Shown here: piece after piece, positions 1 through 6,410 of the stretch
How positions within the stretch are numbered: the first letter of the stretch is position 1
Layout of the letters: the number at the start of each line of letters is the position of its first letter
Virus record (IMG/VR): IMGVR_UViG_3300030376_002050
Location: 1-33,328 of that record
Length of the DNA: 33,328 nt
From: a virus
Taxonomy: Duplodnaviria; Caudoviricetes
Reading direction: 5' to 3' (one strand)
Translations under genes and position numbers: made by a program
The notes under the pieces: generated by a model
Databases searched by the model: none
What the model was told of the DNA's origin: nothing
The model's input: only the letters and a program-made list of their open reading frames with translations

Positions 1-2
1 GT

Positions 3-52
3 TCTCGGTATTAATTATCAAGCTTTAGCTTGATTAATAATTAATACCGAGA
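3..52. repeat. AT-rich long imperfect inverted repeat (21-bp stem, 4-nt bulge, TTTA loop)
   Basis: TCTCGGTATTAATTATCAAGC-TTTA-GCTTGATTAATAATTAATACCGAGA read directly. Confidence 0.9.
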
Positions 53-87
53 GGCAAAAACTGTCGGCTCGGTGAAGGGAGTTTGCG

Positions 88-447
88 ATGATTGTCGTAA
101 ATATGTCAGACCAAGAGGCGAAGGCTGTCCTCTCTCTTGGATCAAAGATCAGGAGGGCGCAAGGACTTCAAGAAGTCCATGTCTCTGCTGAAGATGCACC
201 GAAGGTTCGGGAGGCTTTGAAGAAACCACGCAAGAAAGAACGTACGGTTTCTAGGTCGGCTAAGAAGACGGCTAATGCTGTCCTGAATCGGAAGATTAAT
301 GCACAGAAAAGCCAAAGTACTTTGGCTTTGAGTAGGGGTGAGAAAGAGTCAGCGATTGAGCATTTGCAATCTGCTTTGGATCTTACACCTGAGAATTGGA
401 ATAGCGTGAGGGATTCTATTCAGCGTAGGCTAGTCAAATTGGCTTAG
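88..447 (+). CDS. hypothetical early protein, basic, 119 aa
   Basis: ORF with AAGGGAG upstream; no recognised domain. Confidence 0.7.
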   Translation: MIVVNMSDQEAKAVLSLGSKIRRAQGLQEVHVSAEDAPKVREALKKPRKKERTVSRSAKKTANAVLNRKINAQKSQSTLALSRGEKESAIEHLQSALDLTPENWNSVRDSIQRRLVKLA

Positions 448-453
448 TCTCTT

Positions 454-494
454 GGGAAATGTGCATGGTGATATTATCACTGTGTGCATTTCCC
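454..494 (+). promoter_or_regulatory. intergenic 19-bp hairpin with 4 G-U pairs
   Basis: GGGAAATGTGCATGGTGAT-ATT-ATCACTGTGTGCATTTCCC; all non-Watson-Crick positions are G-T on the + strand. Confidence 0.8.
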
Positions 495-519
495 TCAATC
501 AACCCCATAGGGAGGTACT

Positions 520-690
520 ATGGACTGTTTTGCTTTGGTATTTGAACACGACTGTGAGTGTGAGTGTCACAATGTCGGCTTTATTTCTTCACGGGAGACC
601 TGTTTTAGAGGGTGCGTGGAGTGTGATGAAGAGACGCTAACAGATGCGGATATACTCGGTGATCCTGTGAGGTATGTCTGGATCGATTAG
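520..690 (+). CDS. small Cys-rich acidic protein, 56 aa (absent from ORF track)
   Basis: GGGAGG at 510-515 and ATG at 520; MDCFALVFEHDCECECHNVGFISSRETCFRGCVECDEETLTDADILGDPVRYVWID; fills the gap between two hairpins. Confidence 0.75.
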   Translation: MDCFALVFEHDCECECHNVGFISSRETCFRGCVECDEETLTDADILGDPVRYVWID

Positions 691-699
691 TGCAAATCT

Positions 700-741
700 G
701 GTAGTTAGTGAACCCCTCATTTATGAGGGTTCACAACTACC
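700..741 (+). repeat. hairpin repeat copy 1; core GAACCCCTCATTTATGAGGGTTC at 710-732
   Basis: identical 23-nt core at 710, 1104 and 2819; outer arms GGTAGTTAGT/ACAACTACC. Confidence 0.95.
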
Positions 742-764
742 ACTAGAACCATTTGGGAGGTCAA

Positions 765-1088
765 ATGGCTGAGCAATACCAATATACATTTACCTATACG
801 TTGGCTTTGGTTGACGATGACGGTAACGATTATTCGTTTGAGGCCATGCAAGCATGGTTTACGATGGATCAAGCAGGTGGTCCTGTGTTCAGCATTACTG
901 CTGGGACTGGGACCGATACTGATACAGGTGAGACGGAGCCGATCATGATCGTGCAAGGGTTCACCAATGATATTGAGGCAACTAAGTACTACTGTGCTTA
1001 TGTGGCTCATACTATTAACCAGCGAGCGTTTGGTTGGTTCCAATCGCAGGCATCCTATGTGCCTGTGTCGGAGCTGGTCAAGGTTTAG
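765..1088 (+). CDS. hypothetical early protein, 107 aa
   Basis: GGGAGG at 755-760 supports ATG 765 rather than 753. Confidence 0.8.
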   Translation: MAEQYQYTFTYTLALVDDDGNDYSFEAMQAWFTMDQAGGPVFSITAGTGTDTDTGETEPIMIVQGFTNDIEATKYYCAYVAHTINQRAFGWFQSQASYVPVSELVKV

Positions 1089-1092
1089 CAAC

Positions 1093-1137
1093 TGGAGGGA
1101 GAAGAACCCCTCATTTATGAGGGTTCTTCTCTCTCCA
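1093..1137 (+). repeat. hairpin repeat copy 2; core at 1104-1126
   Basis: TGGAGGGAGAAGAACCCCTCATTTATGAGGGTTCTTCTCTCTCCA. Confidence 0.95.
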
Positions 1138-1161
1138 AAATCAAGTGATGGAGGTCACAAT

Positions 1162-1596
1162 ATGACATTTGAAAATATCAATCCGCTTACAGGTCGCCCA
1201 GAGAGTTGGGGTGGACGTGAAGCGCCTAGCACTGCATCTGTTTGGGATTTGCCAGATCATTATACGATTACGGACGATCCTGAGATGCGTAAGCTTTGGG
1301 CTAACTGGAAGAATCCAGCGATGTTTGAGCCTGAAAAGTACACGCTTGGTGAGCATGAGATTATTAGTGCTTTAGGTATGGACCCTAGACGTACCCTTGA
1401 TTATGAGGATGCGTTTCAAATGGGTACTCAAGCTGTGGGTATGTTGTTCGATCAGAATACAGGTGTGTGGACTGATCAGGATTACATGACTGATGATTGG
1501 GATTATTTGATTGATCCTGAGCATTTGGCTATACGTAGCACTGATTGTTACGAAGTAGATGCAGGCGATTACGTAGATGTAATTGTCCACGACTGA
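1162..1596 (+). CDS. hypothetical acidic early protein, 144 aa
   Basis: GGAGGTCA at 1150-1157 supports ATG 1162 (track start 967 is too long). Confidence 0.8.
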   Translation: MTFENINPLTGRPESWGGREAPSTASVWDLPDHYTITDDPEMRKLWANWKNPAMFEPEKYTLGEHEIISALGMDPRRTLDYEDAFQMGTQAVGMLFDQNTGVWTDQDYMTDDWDYLIDPEHLAIRSTDCYEVDAGDYVDVIVHD

Positions 1597-1607
1597 TTGG
1601 AGATCAG

Positions 1608-2144
1608 ATGAATATATATGATATTGCAGTGCTCGTATTGGCGAGCTGTTCCATGTTCCTGTATGTGGGGTGTATCTTGCATTACAGGGATTTAAAAAGT
1701 GCACAGGACATAGTGCGTGAGGTGGCTAGGGGTTTTAGTCCTGAAGCTGAGGCGCCATACCAGCAGGTCCGAGCGTTGGCTTTGTTCACGGCAGATGTTG
1801 CCAGTATTACTGACTATAGGGACAGGTTGGCTAGGACGTGTTACAGCGTGTTTCTAGAGTATGGTCCTGAAGCTGAGTTTCCACGTTATTTCGGTAGGCA
1901 ACTGATCAACGATTATGTGAGGCATTTATCGCTCAATAATCTACCAGTGCCACCGTATATGGTGAATCTTTCCAACATGGATGTTGGAGAGTTTGTAATG
2001 CAAGTCCTTAGAAGCGACCCCATCGTAAGAAGGATCTTAGATGCGTATGTTGCTGAAACTATTGACAGAATAAACGAATCCCCAGAGATAACAGAGTTCT
2101 TGACAAGCGAGGCACAGGTAATTGACCTGCACCCCGATTCGTAA
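1608..2144 (+). CDS. hypothetical protein with N-terminal transmembrane helix, 178 aa
   Basis: GGAG before ATG 1608; hydrophobic IAVLVLASCSMFLYVGCIL. Confidence 0.75.
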   Translation: MNIYDIAVLVLASCSMFLYVGCILHYRDLKSAQDIVREVARGFSPEAEAPYQQVRALALFTADVASITDYRDRLARTCYSVFLEYGPEAEFPRYFGRQLINDYVRHLSLNNLPVPPYMVNLSNMDVGEFVMQVLRSDPIVRRILDAYVAETIDRINESPEITEFLTSEAQVIDLHPDS

Positions 2145-2151
2145 AAGAAGA

Positions 2152-2172
2152 ACAATCTGAAATACAGATTGT
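2152..2172. promoter_or_regulatory. perfect 8-bp intergenic inverted repeat
   Basis: ACAATCTG-AAATA-CAGATTGT. Confidence 0.6.
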
Positions 2173-2203
2173 CAATTAATAATATATGCCATAGGAGGCA
2201 GAT

Positions 2204-2413
2204 ATGAGTAAGAAAGAAGCTAACAAGTTGCGATACCGCCAACTCAACGCCCAAATAGCTAACGCTACAAAAGCTAGCAAAAAGGGTGACAAGAAAGCGG
2301 TCAGTAAAGCGCTCAAAACAGCGTATAAGCTAGCTAGCAAACCAACTGTTTGGGAAACTGAGCAATTGCGTGTAAAAAAGAATGCCGTCACACACGGTGT
2401 AGACATAGCCTAA
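2204..2413 (+). CDS. small Lys-rich basic protein, 69 aa
   Basis: AGGAGG RBS; ORF. Confidence 0.75.
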   Translation: MSKKEANKLRYRQLNAQIANATKASKKGDKKAVSKALKTAYKLASKPTVWETEQLRVKKNAVTHGVDIA

Positions 2414-2416
2414 GGG

Positions 2417-2512
2417 GTATGTGTGGTAGGGCATGGCGACATGCCTTACTACAGGGTGCATGTGTATTCCCCCATGTGCATCCTGTAGTGGGAACTGCCC
2501 CACATTTCATAC
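2417..2512 (+). ncRNA. candidate multibranch structured RNA
   Basis: closing stem GTATG-TGTGG/CCACA-TTT-CATAC; GNRA-capped hairpin GGCATG-GCGA-CATGCC; 16-bp hairpin 2449-2488 with loop TATTCCCC. Confidence 0.55.
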
Positions 2513-2535
2513 AAGAGGTAAGTAAGGAGGCTTGG

Positions 2536-2805
2536 ATGAGCTATTACAAGAAAAACGAACAGGTAGACTCTCTGAGTTTAGAAGGAAAGCGATTCCCTTT
2601 AGAACAGGGGCGCTTGTTTAAAGTACGCAACCAAAGAGGCATATACAGAGTGCACCAAATATACGTCTGTAAAGACGACTCGGAGCTTGTAGAGATACAC
2701 GCTTGGTGGCGTGATAAAAAAATGTTCACAGGTGGTAAAGCGCATTGGCGTTTTGTCAAACCTGAAAACATTAAACACATCCTGAAGGATGTGGAAAGTA
2801 TTTAA
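2536..2805 (+). CDS. hypothetical protein, 89 aa
   Basis: AAGGAGG at 2524-2530 supports ATG 2536 (track start 2419 is too long). Confidence 0.8.
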   Translation: MSYYKKNEQVDSLSLEGKRFPLEQGRLFKVRNQRGIYRVHQIYVCKDDSELVEIHAWWRDKKMFTGGKAHWRFVKPENIKHILKDVESI

Positions 2806-2807
2806 AG

Positions 2808-2852
2808 TGGAGGGAGAAGAACCCCTCATTTATGAGGGTTCTTCTTCCTCCA
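2808..2852 (+). repeat. hairpin repeat copy 3; core at 2819-2841
   Basis: TGGAGGGAGAAGAACCCCTCATTTATGAGGGTTCTTCTTCCTCCA. Confidence 0.95.
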
Positions 2853-2882
2853 AAACCAAATTATTGAACTGGGAGGTTCACA

Positions 2883-3290
2883 ATGAGCAATGAAAAAATA
2901 GAAGTCAGGCTAGTTCTTGACGCTAACGAGTTACCAAGTCCTAATGTTGACGTTGATAGCATCGTGGAAGCGGTTGTAGAAAGCTATGACTTCGATAATG
3001 CTGTAGACAGACAAATCAACGACCGCATAGAGAGCTTAGAGTCAGATATACATACCCTTAAGGAGAACACTGAAGACTACGACTTTGACTTGATGGGAGA
3101 CGACCTTAGAAGGGACGAAGTAGCCATTGATGGTTTAAATAAGCGTGTAGATGAGCTTGAAACACTTATGCTACCTGAAGATTCAGGCGATAGGATGTCC
3201 ATGCTTATACTCAGAGTTGAGCGTTTAGAGAAGATCAATGAACGTTTGTTGCACGTTATTCACAACGTACAAGGAGTAGATCTTCCTTAA
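2883..3290 (+). CDS. acidic coiled-coil hypothetical protein
   Basis: GGGAGG RBS; heptad-like segments such as INDRIESLESDIHTLKE. Confidence 0.8.
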   Translation: MSNEKIEVRLVLDANELPSPNVDVDSIVEAVVESYDFDNAVDRQINDRIESLESDIHTLKENTEDYDFDLMGDDLRRDEVAIDGLNKRVDELETLMLPEDSGDRMSMLILRVERLEKINERLLHVIHNVQGVDLP

Positions 3291-3310
3291 ACGTACTTAG
3301 AACGCTGGGG

Positions 3311-3332
3311 TGTCACACCCCTCGTATAAAAT
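3311..3332 (+). promoter_or_regulatory. candidate promoter TGTCAC-N10-TAAAAT
   Basis: same box and spacing recur at 6324-6345. Confidence 0.4.
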
Positions 3333-3364
3333 ATACACAACAATGACCAAAGGAGGTCACTATT

Positions 3365-4369
3365 ATGACATGGGGCAGAGATCACATGTTTGCTGGAGGT
3401 GACGACTCTACGCCAGTAGCGTCTGTTCACTTCAAAGCAGAACAAGTAGGTGCGGATTTTAGCGTATCCTATTTACCAGCAGGTTTCCTGAAACAAGCTG
3501 TAGCGTGGCAAGAACCAGAATTTACGGTTCCTGTTTACGAATCAGGCGAGTATGAAGGGCAACCTAAACAAATGTACCTCGTTCGTGATGACACGAATGA
3601 AGTAGTCGGGCAACATTCATCCAAATACCCAAGACGTGAGGCATATAGCCACAACTTTGAGGTGTTGGAAAATGCGTTTCCAAACTCTTGTGAAAGCGTC
3701 CAAACGTGGGAGAACGGCGGTCTTTGCCTAGTTACCCAACGTATAGGAGAAGAAGTAGAGTTGCCTATGGGCGATGAGCTAGTCCAATATGTTTACAGCA
3801 CGATGTCCTTGAACGGCACAAAACGTACTGCAACCATACCTAAGGCACAGCGAGTTTCTTGCACAAATGCTTTGGGCATTACCTTAGCGATCATATCGTC
3901 AAAGGCTACACGTAACCATGACACTAGGATTTCTTTCCAAGCTGAAGTGTTTGAAAAGTCAGAGATTCAACTAGATGCACTTGTCCGTATGGCAAGGACA
4001 TTTACTGACCAGAACTTCACAGATGAAGAGTTCAAACGCATGGTTCATGCAATAGTCCCAGACCTTGAAAAAGACCCAAGCACCAGAGCGCTTAATAAAC
4101 ACAACAGCACACTTGGTAGCATGTTTGGGGCATGGAAGAAAGAGTCTGACGAATACGGCGACAAAAACATGTGGGTTGCTTACAACGCCATCCAAGGCGC
4201 TGAGCAACACCGCATTAACACCAATTTCAAATGGGAAGACGACAAGGGCTATGACGCTGGACAGAAGAAGTCCATCTTCTCCGCTCTTGAGGGAGTCACG
4301 CCATTTGCTGATGCTTGTGAACAATATCTCAAAGACGAGCTTAATCGTCCTGAGAGTTTGCTAGTATAA
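3365..4369 (+). CDS. DUF932-family (phage/plasmid) protein
   Basis: family-like motifs YLVRDDTNEVVG, S-x-NG, RVSCTNAL, WVAYNAI; about 330 aa. Confidence 0.75.
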   Translation: MTWGRDHMFAGGDDSTPVASVHFKAEQVGADFSVSYLPAGFLKQAVAWQEPEFTVPVYESGEYEGQPKQMYLVRDDTNEVVGQHSSKYPRREAYSHNFEVLENAFPNSCESVQTWENGGLCLVTQRIGEEVELPMGDELVQYVYSTMSLNGTKRTATIPKAQRVSCTNALGITLAIISSKATRNHDTRISFQAEVFEKSEIQLDALVRMARTFTDQNFTDEEFKRMVHAIVPDLEKDPSTRALNKHNSTLGSMFGAWKKESDEYGDKNMWVAYNAIQGAEQHRINTNFKWEDDKGYDAGQKKSIFSALEGVTPFADACEQYLKDELNRPESLLV

Positions 4370-4379
4370 ATACAGGTTT

Positions 4380-4446
4380 GGTGGGGCTGTCGCCTAATTT
4401 CTTTGGAACAGAGTTTGACCTCCCTCTCTGAGGCGATGGTCCCACC
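4380..4446 (+). ncRNA. candidate structured RNA with anti-SD loop TTTGACCTCCCT
   Basis: 16-bp outer stem 4380-4395/4431-4446 (3 G-U); inner stem CAGAG/CTCTG; loop 4414-4425. Confidence 0.6.
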
Positions 4447-4463
4447 TCCATTAGGAGGATCTT

Positions 4464-4841
4464 ATGATACTTATTAACCAAGATGGTGCGTACTTAATCA
4501 TGCCTTGGAAGGGCGGATATTTAATACGTGCTAAACACACAGAAGACATACGCAAAATGATGACTCGTTTACATGGGAAACGTTGGTGTATAGGGAATCT
4601 GGCAGAAAAAATTATTGCAACCCCAAAGTCCTTGTGGAAATACAGGGTGGTTTTAAGGGCTGGCGAATGGAGCACGTATCTAACCAAAGTTTCTAAAGCT
4701 ATTGATTATACGGATTTGTTTGAAGAGTTGCGCCAACAGGAGGGCATGACAGAAGACAAGCTCAAGGGGCTTATGGGAGTGCAAATGCACATAGATAAAG
4801 GCTGGACTTATAAGGGGTTAGAAAATGCCGAATCTTTATGA
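4464..4841 (+). CDS. hypothetical phage protein, 125 aa
   Basis: AGGAGG RBS; ORF. Confidence 0.75.
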   Translation: MILINQDGAYLIMPWKGGYLIRAKHTEDIRKMMTRLHGKRWCIGNLAEKIIATPKSLWKYRVVLRAGEWSTYLTKVSKAIDYTDLFEELRQQEGMTEDKLKGLMGVQMHIDKGWTYKGLENAESL

Positions 4842-5043
4842 AGTAGTACATGTATACATATACGAAGACAGTGAACACACACAAGTGGTTGCTGAAAGTG
4901 AACAAGAAGCAATGGCAGTAGCAGAACAGGAACGTGAAGGTCCAGATTCTGCTTGGAACCATGCTCCGCTGTCACAGGATTATGTATATGAAGTGAATGT
5001 TGTGGAAGAAGACGTTAACGAAGAAGACTATGACTATGAGTAA
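4825..5043 (+). CDS. small acidic protein (possibly DpnD/PcfM-like)
   Basis: VVAESEQEAMAVA motif; overlaps neighbours. Confidence 0.6.
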   Translation: MPNLYEVVHVYIYEDSEHTQVVAESEQEAMAVAEQEREGPDSAWNHAPLSQDYVYEVNVVEEDVNEEDYDYE

Positions 5044-5638
5044 TTATAAACGCAAAGCTAAATACGGAGAACGTAAAACTAAAAACATAACAGGGGCTGG
5101 CACTGAATGTGAAGTTTCGGGTTGTGAAAGAGAAGTTCGTGCTCGTGGTATATGTGCAAAGCATTATCAATCATGGAGTAAATACGGTTACCCTTTTCCA
5201 TCGTCATACCTTCCGCAAGCAGAAAGCCTTGAAGAATTTTTGGATATGCGCCACACCAAAACAGATAACTGTTGGACATGGACAGGTTCAATAGATATAT
5301 ACGATGGGTATGGTAAATGTCATATTAGAGGATGGGGGGACAGGCTGGAAAAGCTAGGGGTTGGTGGTCGCAAACCTAAACCCAAAAGACCTAGCCATCA
5401 TGTTCGTGCTCATCGGCTGGCTTATGCTGTTTGGGTAAAGCCAATTCCCAAAGGATCGGTAATCCATCACATTTGCAACAATCGTTCATGTGTAAATCCA
5501 GATCATTTACAGGCAATTAGCCCTAAAGAGAACACGGCTGAAATGGTCGAACGTAAAACCTATCTAAGGGAAATACGTGAATTAAAGAAACGCATAAAAG
5601 AGCTAGAGAAAGGACACAAAACATGCTGTACAACTTAG
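5036..5638 (+). CDS. HNH endonuclease with N-terminal Cys/His zinc motif
   Basis: CEVSGC...CAKHY; CWTWTG...GYG; RAHRLAY...IHHICNNRSCVNPDHL...EN; start may be 5030. Confidence 0.9.
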   Translation: MSNYKRKAKYGERKTKNITGAGTECEVSGCEREVRARGICAKHYQSWSKYGYPFPSSYLPQAESLEEFLDMRHTKTDNCWTWTGSIDIYDGYGKCHIRGWGDRLEKLGVGGRKPKPKRPSHHVRAHRLAYAVWVKPIPKGSVIHHICNNRSCVNPDHLQAISPKENTAEMVERKTYLREIRELKKRIKELEKGHKTCCTT

Positions 5639-5829
5639 TAAGTTGCCCTTTATGCAGGAAAAAATTCCCTGATGAGCTACATGCTTTAAGCAGGGTAGAC
5701 AACAAAACACACATTTGCTCTGACTGTGGCACATGGGAAGCTATGGCTCCCATGCGCAATACTTGGGGCTTAATGGCTATGGCTGACTTAATGGCTAAAG
5801 TACTTAAGGAGATACAAAATGGCAATTAA
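5623..5829 (+). CDS. small zinc-ribbon protein
   Basis: CPLC...ALSRVDNKTHICSDCG. Confidence 0.7.
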   Translation: MLYNLVSCPLCRKKFPDELHALSRVDNKTHICSDCGTWEAMAPMRNTWGLMAMADLMAKVLKEIQNGN

Positions 5830-6028
5830 ATTTGATGCAGAAATAACCTTAGATGACGACTATCTAGAACATACGTATGCTGACTGGGATGAAGGCAGTT
5901 TCAGCGTAGAAATGGTTATTCGTGATGCTATTAGCGATATATGGGAGTCACATAGGTTTGGAATTAGCTTAACGGCTAAGAATGTAAGCTTAGATTCACT
6001 AGAAATAGGAGGTAGGGAAGATGGCTGA
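5819..6028 (+). CDS. small acidic hypothetical protein
   Basis: AAGGAG RBS; overlaps neighbours. Confidence 0.7.
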   Translation: MAIKFDAEITLDDDYLEHTYADWDEGSFSVEMVIRDAISDIWESHRFGISLTAKNVSLDSLEIGGREDG

Positions 6029-6308
6029 AGTATTAGATAAATTCCCAAAGAACGAAGGCAAAGGACGTTTTTTCAGAGGTGACCCAGAGTGGCTGGATGG
6101 GCGTGTTTGGAAGTTGCATCCAGACAGAGATCTCTACATGTATAAGAGCATTAAGTCTGCCCGAACTAGCCTTAGATATATGTCTATACAGCGAGGTTGG
6201 AGTGGCTTTCGTACAAAGATTAGCGCAGACGATTGCTTGATCATACAATGCTACGAACTCACAGGAGAGTGGGACAAAAGCTTTGATTCTGATTATTTAG
6301 AGGAATGA
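6021..6308 (+). CDS. hypothetical protein, 95 aa
   Basis: AGGAGG RBS; ORF. Confidence 0.7.
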   Translation: MAEVLDKFPKNEGKGRFFRGDPEWLDGRVWKLHPDRDLYMYKSIKSARTSLRYMSIQRGWSGFRTKISADDCLIIQCYELTGEWDKSFDSDYLEE

Positions 6309-6323
6309 GGTTGGAAAAGAAAA

Positions 6324-6345
6324 TGTCACACTCTATATTTATACT
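6324..6345 (+). promoter_or_regulatory. candidate promoter TGTCAC-N10-TATACT
   Basis: matches 3311-3332; precedes the replication module. Confidence 0.4.
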
Positions 6346-6347
6346 AG

Positions 6348-6393
6348 TACTTAGTACACGATTTCCTGTTAAGGGAAATCGTGGTACTAAGTA
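6348..6393. repeat. long imperfect inverted repeat (about 20-bp stem, GTTA loop)
   Basis: TACTTAGTACACGATTTCCT-GTTA-AGGGAAATCGTGGTACTAAGTA. Confidence 0.9.
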
Positions 6394-6410
6394 TCACTTA
6401 GGAGGTCTTC

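Noticed and set aside
452-640. Track ORF of 62 aa
   Set aside because: It starts inside a hairpin without an RBS. The ORF at 520-690 has a strong RBS and fits the gap.
2417-2512. tRNA
   Set aside because: No T-psi-C motif, no 7-nt anticodon loop, and arm lengths do not fit.
700-2852. CRISPR array (palindromic repeats plus a Cas4-like gene)
   Set aside because: Copies are 394 and 1715 nt apart with genes between them. Solo Cas4-like exonucleases are ordinary phage replication genes.
700-2852. Classical intrinsic terminators
   Set aside because: No U-tract follows on the + strand, and exact conservation of a 23-nt core is not expected for terminators. Copies 2 and 3 have only a short T-run on the - strand.
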